A DNA stretch of 32,062 bases, taken from the NCBI GenBank assembly GCA_021163945.1, contig JAGGTC010000162.1:1-32062 (forward strand), read 5' to 3'. Numbering within the stretch: position 1 is the first letter of the stretch; each line of letters opens with the position of its first letter. The notes beneath the pieces were generated by a model. That model was not told the origin of the DNA and made no database searches. It saw only the letters and a program-made list of their open reading frames with translations. Of this stretch, positions 7,225-15,631 are shown piece after piece. The translations under genes and the position numbers were made by a program. Origin of the DNA: Deltaproteobacteria bacterium. Its GTDB lineage: Bacteria > Desulfobacterota > Desulfofervidia > Desulfofervidales > DG-60.

Positions 7225-9870
7225 ATGAAAAGGACACTAAGTTTTGTCTTTTTAACACTCTTGCTATGGCAGGCAGTGGCCTGGGGAAAATTAAAGGTCA
7301 CTATTGCCCCATTTTTCATTTATAGCAAGGAAAAATTGGAGCAATTACAGACAGAGATCCCTAAAAGGCTTATAGAGAAAATGCCAAAGGAAAACTTAGA
7401 ATTGGTTGCCTGCCCTTTAAAGAGACCGCCTATCTCTAATGAAATGGCTATAGAGTGTGGTAAGGAGATAGGGGTAGACTATGTAGTTATAGGGAGCCTG
7501 ACAAAGATAGACAAGCCAATTAGTCTGGACATCACTATCTTGGAGACAAGTGGTATAAGGCCCCCCCTATCCGTCTATGCAGAGGCACCCTCTTTAGAAG
7601 AGATGCCTAAGGCCCTAGAAAAGGTAGCAAGGGACATTGCCCTTAAGATCTTAAGGAAGAAGGCAATCACAAAGCTTGAGGTTGTAGGTAATAAACGGGT
7701 AGATAAAGAGGCCATTTTGGCTGTAATAAAGACTAAGGAGGGAGGGGTGTTTGACCCCAAGGTTATTAGGGAGGATATAAAAGGGATCTTTAAGATGGGT
7801 TATTTTGAGGATGTAAAGGTGGACGCAGAGGAGACGCCTTTGGGGATGGTTCTAAAATTTATTGTCGATGAAAGGCCTGTGATAAGGGCAATTCGCACAT
7901 TTGGCAACAAGGCCATTAAAGAAAGCGATATCAAAGAGAATATCTCTCTAAAGCCCAATACCATCTTAAATGTAGATTCAATAAAACAATCTGTAGATCA
8001 AATAAAGGCCCTTTATCAAAAAGAGGGTTATTTTGATGCCCAAGTAGAATACAAAATTCATACCTTGGCAAAAAAGGAAGTGGAGGTAATATTTGATATT
8101 AAAGAAGGTGCCAAGGCATTCATTAAAAAGATTATCTTTCAGGGAAACAAGGCATTTAAGGATAAAAAATTAAAAAAGGTAATGAAAAATAAGGAAAAGT
8201 GGCTTTTTTCATTTATTACAGGTTCTGGTAAACTGAAGACAGAGGAGTTGAAGAATGATGTCAGTCGAATTGTGGCATTTTACTATAATCATGGGTATGT
8301 CAGGGTCAAGGTAGGTGAGCCCAAAATAGAGCGTAAGGGCAAGGAGATCTATATCTTCATCCCTATTGAAGAGGGCAATCAATACCGTATAGGCAAATTG
8401 GAGATAAAGGGAGATTTAATTGAGCCCAAATCTAAATTGTTAAAACGTCTTAAGCTAAAGGAAAAGGGCGTCTACAGTCAAGAGTCTCTGCAAGAAGATA
8501 TAATGAAACTTAGTAGAATTTATGCAAATAAAGGTTTTGCCTATGCAGAGGTAACACCGCAGATAAAGATAGATGATGATAGACACCTTGTAAATATAAC
8601 CTATAATATCAAAAGGGGGGTAAAGGTCTATATTGGGCGTATCGAGATTGAGGGGAATACAAAGACACGTGATAAAGTGATCAGAAGGGAACTTTGGGTA
8701 TCAGAGGGAGAGACCTTCAGCAAGTCCCTGCTAGAGGAGAGTTTGGGAAATCTTAGACGTTTAGGATACTTTGAAGATGTAAAGGTAGAGACCGAACAAG
8801 GGGTATCTCCTGATGAAATGAACCTAAAGATTAAGGTAAAGGAACAGCCTACAGGTGCATTTTCCATTGGAGGGGGTTATAGTTCAATAGAGAATTTTAT
8901 TGTGATGGCAGATATCTCACAGAGGAATTTTTTGGGACGGGGTCAACAATTGACCTTAAGGGGCTATATTGGTGGGATTACCAAACGTTATACATTTGAC
9001 TTTACAGAGCCTTACCTCTTTGATACCCGCCTCTCTACAGGCTTTGAGGTGTATAAATGGGACATTGAGTATATAGACTTTACTAAACTAAGTAGTGGTG
9101 GAGAGATGAGGCTAAGTTATCCTGTAGGTCACTATTCCCGTATATATTCTACCTATCGTTATGAATATGCAAAGACTACAGACTTTTCTGAGACTGCCTC
9201 AAGCTTTATTACAGAACTAGCAGGTGGGATATCCACTAGCAGTTTGCGTCTTGGTTTTAGGCGGGATACAAGGAATGAGTATTTTTACCCCACTAAAGGG
9301 ACTATTTTATCAACTGGTATAGAATTTGCTGGTGGGCCTTTTCAAGGAGATAGTGCCTTTACCCGCTATGATGCATCTGCCTCTATATTTATCCCCTTAT
9401 TTTGGGATACAGTAGGATTTATTAAAACTACCGTTGGATATATTGATAGAAGAGGGAAGGGACTTTTGCCTCTATTTGAAAGGTACTATCTGGGTGGGCC
9501 AAATACACTGCGTGGCTTTGATTTTGCATCCGTAGGCCCTAAAAGATGTCCTGAAAAATGCAAGGAAGACGGGCGGTGTACATGTCCTGAAGAGCTCATT
9601 GGTGGAAACAAAATGCTTCTATTTAATTTTGAATTTAGATTCCCTATTGTAAAGAGTATAAGGCTTACAGGGGCAATATTCTTTGATGCGGGGAATGCCT
9701 TTGATGATAATGAGGCATTTAGTCTTACAAATCTGAGAAAGAGCATTGGCTTTGGCATAAGGTGGTTCTCTCCTATGGGCCCAATAAGGATAGAGTGGGG
9801 CCGTATCCTTCAGCGTCGCCCTGGTGAACCATCTGGCAATTGGGAGTTTGGAATGGGGACATTCTTTTAA
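7225..9870 (+). CDS. bamA: outer membrane protein assembly factor BamA (Omp85), with an N-terminal extension
   Basis: The product has a signal peptide and five POTRA-like repeats from about aa 147 to 540. The C-terminal barrel carries LGGPNTLRGF and a terminal ...GMGTFF. It is 881 aa and is followed by skp-lpxD-fabZ-lpxA. Confidence 0.93.
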   Translation: MKRTLSFVFLTLLLWQAVAWGKLKVTIAPFFIYSKEKLEQLQTEIPKRLIEKMPKENLELVACPLKRPPISNEMAIECGKEIGVDYVVIGSLTKIDKPISLDITILETSGIRPPLSVYAEAPSLEEMPKALEKVARDIALKILRKKAITKLEVVGNKRVDKEAILAVIKTKEGGVFDPKVIREDIKGIFKMGYFEDVKVDAEETPLGMVLKFIVDERPVIRAIRTFGNKAIKESDIKENISLKPNTILNVDSIKQSVDQIKALYQKEGYFDAQVEYKIHTLAKKEVEVIFDIKEGAKAFIKKIIFQGNKAFKDKKLKKVMKNKEKWLFSFITGSGKLKTEELKNDVSRIVAFYYNHGYVRVKVGEPKIERKGKEIYIFIPIEEGNQYRIGKLEIKGDLIEPKSKLLKRLKLKEKGVYSQESLQEDIMKLSRIYANKGFAYAEVTPQIKIDDDRHLVNITYNIKRGVKVYIGRIEIEGNTKTRDKVIRRELWVSEGETFSKSLLEESLGNLRRLGYFEDVKVETEQGVSPDEMNLKIKVKEQPTGAFSIGGGYSSIENFIVMADISQRNFLGRGQQLTLRGYIGGITKRYTFDFTEPYLFDTRLSTGFEVYKWDIEYIDFTKLSSGGEMRLSYPVGHYSRIYSTYRYEYAKTTDFSETASSFITELAGGISTSSLRLGFRRDTRNEYFYPTKGTILSTGIEFAGGPFQGDSAFTRYDASASIFIPLFWDTVGFIKTTVGYIDRRGKGLLPLFERYYLGGPNTLRGFDFASVGPKRCPEKCKEDGRCTCPEELIGGNKMLLFNFEFRFPIVKSIRLTGAIFFDAGNAFDDNEAFSLTNLRKSIGFGIRWFSPMGPIRIEWGRILQRRPGEPSGNWEFGMGTFF

Positions 9871-9885
9871 TATAAAGGGGGGAAT

Positions 9886-10416
9886 ATGAGAGGGATAAAG
9901 GTCTTTTTGTTAGTTTGCTGTTTCCTATTTTTTGTCTTTACAACCTTTGCAAATGCAGGGGATATTAAGATTGGAGTGGTAGATTTACAAAAGGCGCTCA
10001 ATATGTGTAAGGCAGGAAAGGCGGCTATGGCAAAACTTTCTAAAAAGTTTGAGAAGATGAAAAAGGAACTTCAAGAAAAGCAAGAGGAAGTACAGAGATT
10101 AAAGAATGAATTAGAAAAACAGAGGTTGATGTTAAGTCTAGAGGCAAATCGAGAGAAGGAAAAGGAATATGAAAGGAAGCTTAGGGAGCTAAGATACCTA
10201 TATCAAGATTATAAAGATGAGATGCAAAAGGAGGAGTTTGAGGCCGTTCAACCTATCCTAAATGAACTGAGGAATGTTATTGAGGAAATCAGAAGAAAAG
10301 AACACTACACCATCATCTTGGAGAAGAGCGTTGGTGTAGTTTGCTATCAAAGTGAGATAGATATTACAGATAAGGTGATCAAGCTTTATGACCAAAAGTG
10401 GCAAAAGGGTAAGTAA
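9886..10416 (+). CDS. skp: periplasmic chaperone Skp (OmpH family)
   Basis: The product has a signal peptide, a highly charged coiled-coil middle region and a length of 176 aa. It occupies the canonical position between bamA and lpxD. Confidence 0.85.
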   Translation: MRGIKVFLLVCCFLFFVFTTFANAGDIKIGVVDLQKALNMCKAGKAAMAKLSKKFEKMKKELQEKQEEVQRLKNELEKQRLMLSLEANREKEKEYERKLRELRYLYQDYKDEMQKEEFEAVQPILNELRNVIEEIRRKEHYTIILEKSVGVVCYQSEIDITDKVIKLYDQKWQKGK

Positions 10417-10427
10417 AAAGATAAAAA

Positions 10428-11477
10428 ATGGTTAAATTAAAAGAGATTGCCAAATTGGTAGATGGTGAATTGATAGGGGATGGGGAGGTGTCTATAAGTG
10501 GCATTGCCCCTATTGAGACTGCCAAAGACGGGGAGATTTCCTTTTTGGCAAACCCAAAATACAAGGCATTTTTAAAAAAGACAAAGGCAAGTGCGGTTAT
10601 TGTGCCAAAAGAGATAAAAGAGGCAGGTGTAGCCATTATTCGGACCCAGATGCCTTATCTTGCTTATGCCAAAGTGGCTAAGCTATTTTACAAGTGGCCT
10701 TATAGATTTGAGGGGATTAGTAAAGATGCCTATATTGGTAAGGGTATCTCCTTGGGTAAAAAGGTAACTATTTTCCCCTCTGCTTATGTTGACGATGCTA
10801 CCGAGATTGGGGATTATGTAGTCATCTTTCCAGGTGTATATGTTGGCCCCAGGGTAAAGATTGGGGCAAGGACCATTATATATCCCAATGTTACTATATT
10901 AGCAGACTGCAAGGTGGGAAAGGATGTTATCATTCATAGCGGTGCGGTAATTGGTAGTGATGGGTTTGGCTATTCTAGAGATGAGAGGGGTCGTTATGTA
11001 AAGATTCCACAAATGGGTACTGTAGAGATTGAGGATGGGGTGGAGATAGGGGCAAATACTACTATTGATAGAGCGGCCTTGGGGAAGACATTGGTGAAAA
11101 GGGGTACAAAGATAGATAACCTAGTACAAATTGCCCATAATGTAGTAATTGGAGAGGATTCTATCATCATCGCCCAGGTAGGCATTGCGGGCAGTACTAA
11201 GGTGGGAGATAGGGTAAGACTAGGTGGTCAAGTAGGGGTAGTGGGTCATATTGAGATTGGAGATGGGGCATCTATTGGGGCAAAAACAGGCGTTGCCAAA
11301 TCTGTGCCTGAAGAGGCAAAAATGGCATCAGGTATACCAGCTATGCCTTACCAAACCTATTTAAGGGTAATGAATATTTTACCCAAGCTTCCAAACCTCC
11401 TTTCACGGATAAGGAGATTGGAAGAGGAGATTGAACGTTTAAAAGGGGAAAAAGATGAAAAGTGCATTAAACGTTGA
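10428..11477 (+). CDS. lpxD: UDP-3-O-acylglucosamine N-acyltransferase
   Basis: The N-terminal LpxD domain (L.EIA..V.GEL.GDG...I.G) is followed by left-handed beta-helix hexapeptide repeats and a C-terminal helix. The product is 349 aa. Confidence 0.92.
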   Translation: MVKLKEIAKLVDGELIGDGEVSISGIAPIETAKDGEISFLANPKYKAFLKKTKASAVIVPKEIKEAGVAIIRTQMPYLAYAKVAKLFYKWPYRFEGISKDAYIGKGISLGKKVTIFPSAYVDDATEIGDYVVIFPGVYVGPRVKIGARTIIYPNVTILADCKVGKDVIIHSGAVIGSDGFGYSRDERGRYVKIPQMGTVEIEDGVEIGANTTIDRAALGKTLVKRGTKIDNLVQIAHNVVIGEDSIIIAQVGIAGSTKVGDRVRLGGQVGVVGHIEIGDGASIGAKTGVAKSVPEEAKMASGIPAMPYQTYLRVMNILPKLPNLLSRIRRLEEEIERLKGEKDEKCIKR

Positions 11478-11895
11478 AGAAATTAGGGAGTGTCTACCCC
11501 ACCGTTACCCATTTTTATTAGTGGATAGAATTTTAGAGATGGAGGTAGGTAAAAGGATTGTAGGGATAAAGAATGTTACTATCAATGAGCCCTTTTTTGA
11601 TGGGCATTTCCCTGAAAGGGCTATTATGCCAGGTGTTTTAATCATTGAGGCAATGGCCCAGGTAGGTGGGATACTGGCCTATAAGTCTGCTAAGACATCG
11701 ACTGAAGGTAAGCTTGTTTATCTTGCTGGTATGGATAAGGTGAGGTTTAGGAAGCCCGTCTTTCCTGGAGATCAGATTGTCTTTGAGCTGGAGATCCTTC
11801 ATCAAGGCAGTCGCGCCTATAAGATGAAAGGTAAGGCATTTGTAAATAAGGAACTTGTAGCTGAGGCAGAGATAACCGCAGTATTGTCAGAGTGA
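11455..11895 (+). CDS. fabZ: 3-hydroxyacyl-ACP dehydratase
   Basis: Motifs [13 protein letters not shown] and [20 protein letters not shown] are present. The product is 146 aa. Confidence 0.93.
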   Translation: MKSALNVEEIRECLPHRYPFLLVDRILEMEVGKRIVGIKNVTINEPFFDGHFPERAIMPGVLIIEAMAQVGGILAYKSAKTSTEGKLVYLAGMDKVRFRKPVFPGDQIVFELEILHQGSRAYKMKGKAFVNKELVAEAEITAVLSE

Positions 11896-11896
11896 G

Positions 11897-12679
11897 ATGA
11901 CAGATATCCATCCTACAGCCATTATTGATAGTAGTGCAGAGATTGCAGAGGGTGTGAGGATAGGGGCCTACAGTCAGATTGGGCCAAATGTAAAGATTGG
12001 TCCCAATTGTGTTATAGGGTCTCATGTCGTCATCCACTCTCATACCATCATTGGTCAGAGATGTCATATCTTTCCTTTTGCCTCTATTGGTGCCATACCT
12101 CAAGACCTAAAATTTAAAGGGGAGGAATCTTGGGTAAGGATCGGTGATAATTGTGTAATTAGGGAGTTTGTGACCATTCATCGCGGTACTTCCCTGGGCA
12201 GGGGTATAACAGAGGTTGGAGAGGGGAGCTTCCTTATGGCCTATGCCCACATTGCCCATGATTGCAAGATAGGAAATCATGTAATTATGGCAAATGTAGC
12301 TACATTGGGAGGTCATGTAGAGATAGAGGACTATGCCATTATTGGTGGCGTAACGACCATTCACCAATTTGTGAGGATTGGGGAATATGCCATCTTGGGT
12401 GGTATGTCTGCTACTGTAAAGGATATCCCCCCTTATGTCATGGCCTCAGGGAATAGGGCCAAGCTCTATGGGCTCAATTTAGTTGGCCTAAAGAGACACA
12501 ATTTTAAGGAAGAGGTAATTTCTGCCTTAAAAAAGGCCTATCGTATATTGATACGTTCCCAAAAGACATTAAGGGTTGCCTTAGAAGAGGTAAAGAGTGA
12601 TTCAATATTTTCCATACCAGAGGTAGCACACTTTGTCAAATTTATAGAGGACTCTAAAAGGGGCATACCAAGAAGGTGA
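11897..12679 (+). CDS. lpxA: acyl-ACP--UDP-N-acetylglucosamine O-acyltransferase
   Basis: IHPTAII is followed by hexapeptide repeats and a helical C-terminal domain. The product is 260 aa and sits in the canonical position after fabZ. Confidence 0.93.
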   Translation: MTDIHPTAIIDSSAEIAEGVRIGAYSQIGPNVKIGPNCVIGSHVVIHSHTIIGQRCHIFPFASIGAIPQDLKFKGEESWVRIGDNCVIREFVTIHRGTSLGRGITEVGEGSFLMAYAHIAHDCKIGNHVIMANVATLGGHVEIEDYAIIGGVTTIHQFVRIGEYAILGGMSATVKDIPPYVMASGNRAKLYGLNLVGLKRHNFKEEVISALKKAYRILIRSQKTLRVALEEVKSDSIFSIPEVAHFVKFIEDSKRGIPRR

Positions 12680-13473
12680 AAAAGATAGGCCTAATTGCAG
12701 GAAACGGAAAATTTCCCATTATATTTGCAAAGGCAGCAAAGAGGGAGGGCTATGAGGTCATCGCCATCGCGCACAAAGGTGAAACTTTAAGGGAATTAGA
12801 AGACTGGGTGGATAGTATAAAGTGGATTAAGATAGGGCAGCTTACAAAATTGATTGATTTTTTGAAGGAAAATGGTGTGAAGGATGTGGCCCTTGTGGGT
12901 GGTATTACAAAAAGGAAGATATTTACAGAGATAATGCCTGATTTAAGGGCCCTGGGTTTGGCCCTTAGGCTTAGAAATAGGGAAGATGATGCCATTTTAA
13001 GGGAGGTTGCAAGGGAGTTGGAAAAAGAGGGCCTGACTGTTCAGCCCTCTACACTATTTGTGCCATCGATATTGGCCCCAAAGGGGTGCTTAACAAAACA
13101 GAGACCAAATAGACAGCAGAGGCGTGATATTGAGTTTGGTTGGAAGATGGCAAAGGCTATTGGTGCCTTAGATATTGGGCAATGTGTAGTGGTAAAGCAA
13201 CAGACTGTACTTGCCGTAGAGGCAATAGATGGGACAGATGAGACCATAAAAAGGGGGGGGCGACTGGCCAAGGGGGCAGTTGTGGTCAAGGTAAGCAAGC
13301 CCCAACAGGACCTAAGATTTGATGTACCTGCTGTAGGGCTTACTACCATCAGGAATATGACAGAGGTAGCTGCCTCTGTTTTGGCGATAGAGGCAGGCAA
13401 AACGCTTATGTTTGATAAGGAAGAGATGATAAGGGAGGCAAATAGGGCAAAGATAAGTATCATTAGTTTGTAA
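12676..13473 (+). CDS. lpxI: UDP-2,3-diacylglucosamine diphosphatase LpxI (DUF1009)
   Basis: The N-terminus IGLIAGNGKFP and the AVEAIDGTDETIKRGG motif fit the family. The product is 265 aa. The GTG start overlaps the lpxA stop, and the gene is in the lpxA-downstream position typical of LpxI. Confidence 0.8.
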   Translation: MKKIGLIAGNGKFPIIFAKAAKREGYEVIAIAHKGETLRELEDWVDSIKWIKIGQLTKLIDFLKENGVKDVALVGGITKRKIFTEIMPDLRALGLALRLRNREDDAILREVARELEKEGLTVQPSTLFVPSILAPKGCLTKQRPNRQQRRDIEFGWKMAKAIGALDIGQCVVVKQQTVLAVEAIDGTDETIKRGGRLAKGAVVVKVSKPQQDLRFDVPAVGLTTIRNMTEVAASVLAIEAGKTLMFDKEEMIREANRAKISIISL

Positions 13474-13498
13474 AAGGATTGTTACAATAATCTAGTGC

Positions 13499-13527
13499 TT
13501 GACTAACATTTTAAACTTCCATAAGTT
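13499..13527 (+). promoter_or_regulatory. candidate promoter in the island remnant
   Basis: TTGACT (13499-13504), 17-nt spacer, TAAGTT (13522-13527). Confidence 0.25.
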
Positions 13528-13564
13528 AATTATGGATGAAAGAAGATTTTTTAAGCATTAGGAA

Positions 13565-13741
13565 ATGGAAGGACTAACATTTATATTGGCAATAATCCTT
13601 ATCATTTTGTTTATAATGAAAAAGGAACGTTATGAATGTAAAAAAGAAGAAAAATACCTAAGGTCACTTAATAATCTTCAAGCTCTATCAGAAGTAGACC
13701 CTATTGAATTAAAAGATTTTGTACCTAAAGGCAGGCCTTAG
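13565..13741 (+). CDS. hypothetical 58-aa single-pass membrane protein (below the ORF-track cutoff)
   Basis: My own translation gives MEGLTFILAIILIILFIMKKERYECKKEEKYLRSLNNLQALSEVDPIELKDFVPKGRP*. It has a hydrophobic N-terminal helix and a charged tail, and lies in the AT-rich stretch between lpxI and the integrase fragment. There is no strong SD. Confidence 0.3.
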   Translation: MEGLTFILAIILIILFIMKKERYECKKEEKYLRSLNNLQALSEVDPIELKDFVPKGRP

Positions 13742-13864
13742 AATATAGCTTTTGTTGTGGTGTTAAATTACGTCTTGCCAATTGATACAAGACAATTCTT
13801 CAAAAATTCTAAAATTTTTCCCTAAAAGAATAACCATGAAGAATACTCTGATGGTGGCTTTTGA

Positions 13865-14194
13865 CCTAGGAGGATAGACACAGACCTCCTTTTCCCTGAT
13901 ATTACTCCTTCTATGGTCTCAAAGGCATTTTTAAGGGCATGCAAATCTGTAGGGATTTTTAATTTTCACTTTCATGATCTAAGGCACAATTTTGGAAGCT
14001 ATTTAGCTATGTCTGGCCATAGCATTAAGACAATTCAGCAGCTACTTGGCCATAAAGACATAAGAATGACCCTCAGATATGCTCACCTATCCCCTGAGCA
14101 CCTTAGGGCTGCTGCTGAGGGCCTTTTTAAGGTAATAGGCAACCAAGTGGAAACTATATGGAGACCAAAAGAAAAAGGAGAAAGGAAAACCTAG
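13865..14194 (+). pseudogene. 3' fragment of a tyrosine recombinase (phage-type integrase)
   Basis: Only the C-terminal catalytic part is present: HFHDLRHNFGSYL, LLGHKDIRMT and LRYAHL (His-x-x-Arg, His, Tyr). The in-frame read-through upstream (PRRIDTDLLFPDITPS) stops at a TGA at 13862. There is no N-terminal/core-binding domain. The stop codon directly abuts the tRNA-Glu 3' end. Confidence 0.75.
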
Positions 14195-14267
14195 TGGTCC
14201 CAATGGGATTTGAACCCATGTCTCTGGCGTGAGAGGCCAGTGTCCTAGGCCACTAGACGATGGGACC
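14195..14267 (-). tRNA. tRNA-Glu(CUC)
   Basis: Hand-folded cloverleaf, 73 nt. The acceptor is GGTCCCA/TGGGACC, the D arm GTCT-AGTGGCCTA-GGAC, the anticodon arm CTGGC-CTCTCAC-GCCAG and the T arm ATGGG-TTCAAAT-CCCAT. The discriminator is A and no CCA is encoded. Confidence 0.9.
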
Positions 14268-14269
14268 AA

Positions 14270-14340
14270 CTGGGGGACGAGGATTCGAACCTCGGCTAGC
14301 AGGTCCAGAGCCTGCCGTCCTACCACTAGACGATCCCCCA
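14270..14340 (-). tRNA. tRNA-Gln(CUG)
   Basis: Hand-folded cloverleaf, 71 nt. The acceptor TGGGGGA/TCCCCCA has a U1:A72 pair. The D arm is GTCT-AGTGGTA-GGAC, the anticodon arm GCAGG-CTCTGGA-CCTGC and the T arm CGAGG-TTCGAAT-CCTCG. The discriminator is G and no CCA is encoded. Confidence 0.9.
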
Positions 14341-14348
14341 CTAACTAA

Positions 14349-14377
14349 AAACTAACCCAAAAATTGACCAAAGTCAA
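14349..14377 (-). promoter_or_regulatory. promoter for the tRNA-Gln/tRNA-Glu pair
   Basis: On the minus strand: TTGACT (14377-14372), 17-nt spacer, TAGTTT (14354-14349), then 8 nt to the mature tRNA-Gln 5' end. Confidence 0.45.
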
Positions 14378-14383
14378 GACAAC

Positions 14384-14412
14384 TTGACAATCTTTACTTA
14401 TCTTCTTATTTT
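14384..14412 (+). promoter_or_regulatory. promoter for pilC
   Basis: TTGACA (14384-14389), 17-nt spacer, TATTTT (14407-14412). AGGAG (14421-14425) follows, 3 nt before the ATG at 14429. Confidence 0.5.
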
Positions 14413-14428
14413 AGAAAAAGAGGAGCTT

Positions 14429-15631
14429 ATGCCAATCTTTGTCTGGGAAGGTAAGACCCCTGATGGGAGGACAATAGCAGGTGAGGTTGAGGCACCTAGT
14501 GAGGCAATCCTCCGTTATAGATTAAGAAGACAACGTATCAACCCCACCAAAATCGCCAGAAAGGCAAGGTCATTAACCATTCCATTTTTGAGTCGTGTAA
14601 GCGAAAAGAGTGTGGCGGTATTTACCCGTCAATTGGCCACTATGATCAATGCAGGGGTACCTATAATCCAGGCCCTAGATATCCTAGCTGCCCAACAGGA
14701 AAATAAGGCCTTTAAAAAGATATTGCAACAGGTAAAACTAGATGTAGAGGGTGGAACCACCTTGGCAGAGGCACTCAAGAAACATCCTAAGGTATTTGAT
14801 GAACTGTTCATCAGTATGGTGATAGCTGGAGAAACAGGGGGATTCTTAGATCAGGTGCTAAATAGAATCTCTGCTTATAAGGAAAAGGCCTTGGCCTTAA
14901 AGAAAAAGATAAAAGGGGCAATGGTCTATCCTATCATTACCCTTGTAGTGGCCATTCTTGTTTTAATTATCATCCTGGTATATGTAATTCCTTCATTCCA
15001 AAAGATATTTGCTGACTTTGGTTCTGCCCTACCAGCCCCAACACAATTTGTAATAAACCTGAGCACATTTACCAAGAAGCATATTGCCCATATATTCCTT
15101 GGTATAGTAGGATTAATTATATCCATTCGGCTGATCTACCATACAGAAAAGGGACACTATCTGTTAGATAATCTCTTATTAAAACTCCCTGTCCTTGGTG
15201 ATTTGTTGCGAAAGACCGCCATTGCCCGTTTTAGTAGGACACTATCTACTATGCTCCAAAGCGGAGTACCTATCTTACAAAGTCTAGAGATTGTAGCCAA
15301 GACAGTTGGTAACAAGGTAATCGAAAGGGCACTCTTAAATATCCAAAAAAGGGTCCGTCAAGGAGAGGCAATGGCTACACCACTAGCCGATGCCAAGATA
15401 TTCCCACCATTGGTAGTCCAGATGACAGCAGTAGGGGAGCAAACAGGAGAGATAGAAGGCATGTTGACAAAGGTGGCAGATTTCTATGAGGAGGAGGTTG
15501 ATGCCGCTGTAGATACGCTTACCTCTATGCTAGAACCCATGATGATGATATTTTTAGGTGGACTTATTGGTGGATTAGTGATCTCCCTGTATCTACCCAT
15601 CTTCAAATTGGGCGCTGTAGTAGGTGGATGA
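14429..15631 (+). CDS. pilC: type IV pilus assembly platform protein PilC (GspF/T2SSF family)
   Basis: The product has two T2SSF repeats, three TM segments and a typical ~400 aa length. The ORF-track start at 14384 is the TTG of the -35 hexamer. The true start is the ATG at 14429, which has an AGGAG SD. Confidence 0.9.
   Translation: MPIFVWEGKTPDGRTIAGEVEAPSEAILRYRLRRQRINPTKIARKARSLTIPFLSRVSEKSVAVFTRQLATMINAGVPIIQALDILAAQQENKAFKKILQQVKLDVEGGTTLAEALKKHPKVFDELFISMVIAGETGGFLDQVLNRISAYKEKALALKKKIKGAMVYPIITLVVAILVLIIILVYVIPSFQKIFADFGSALPAPTQFVINLSTFTKKHIAHIFLGIVGLIISIRLIYHTEKGHYLLDNLLLKLPVLGDLLRKTAIARFSRTLSTMLQSGVPILQSLEIVAKTVGNKVIERALLNIQKRVRQGEAMATPLADAKIFPPLVVQMTAVGEQTGEIEGMLTKVADFYEEEVDAAVDTLTSMLEPMMMIFLGGLIGGLVISLYLPIFKLGAVVGG

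Noticed and set aside
13041-13463. A 140-aa minus-strand ORF inside lpxI. The same reasoning applies to many other 60-120-aa shadow ORFs in the track, such as 4957..5310, 6450..6782, 11747..12103, 19018..19305 and 23155..23511.
   Set aside because: Each is fully nested in, or antisense to, a gene with clear family motifs. None shows an independent signal.
13501-13582. An 11-bp direct repeat GACTAACATTT (13501-13511 and 13572-13582), considered as possible att-site remnants.
   Set aside because: The repeats are only 71 bp apart, lie on one side of the integrase fragment and are unrelated to the tRNA-Glu 3' sequence. They are short and AT-rich enough to arise by chance.
13772-13793. A hairpin GTCTTG-N10-CAAGAC downstream of the small ORF, considered as a possible terminator.
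   Set aside because: The stem is only 6 bp with a 10-nt loop, it has no following U-tract and its predicted stability is low.
13848-13875. A possible degenerate copy of the tRNA-Glu 3' end (TGGTGGCTTTTGACC versus TGGTCCCAATGGGATTTGAACCC), considered as an attL/attR repeat.
   Set aside because: The similarity is too weak and gapped to support by eye. It needs alignment against intact islands.
14384-14428. The ORF-track 5' extension of pilC (MTIFTYLLILEKEEL).
   Set aside because: The supposed TTG start is the TTGACA -35 hexamer of the pilC promoter. The ATG at 14429 has an AGGAG SD and gives a normal PilC length.
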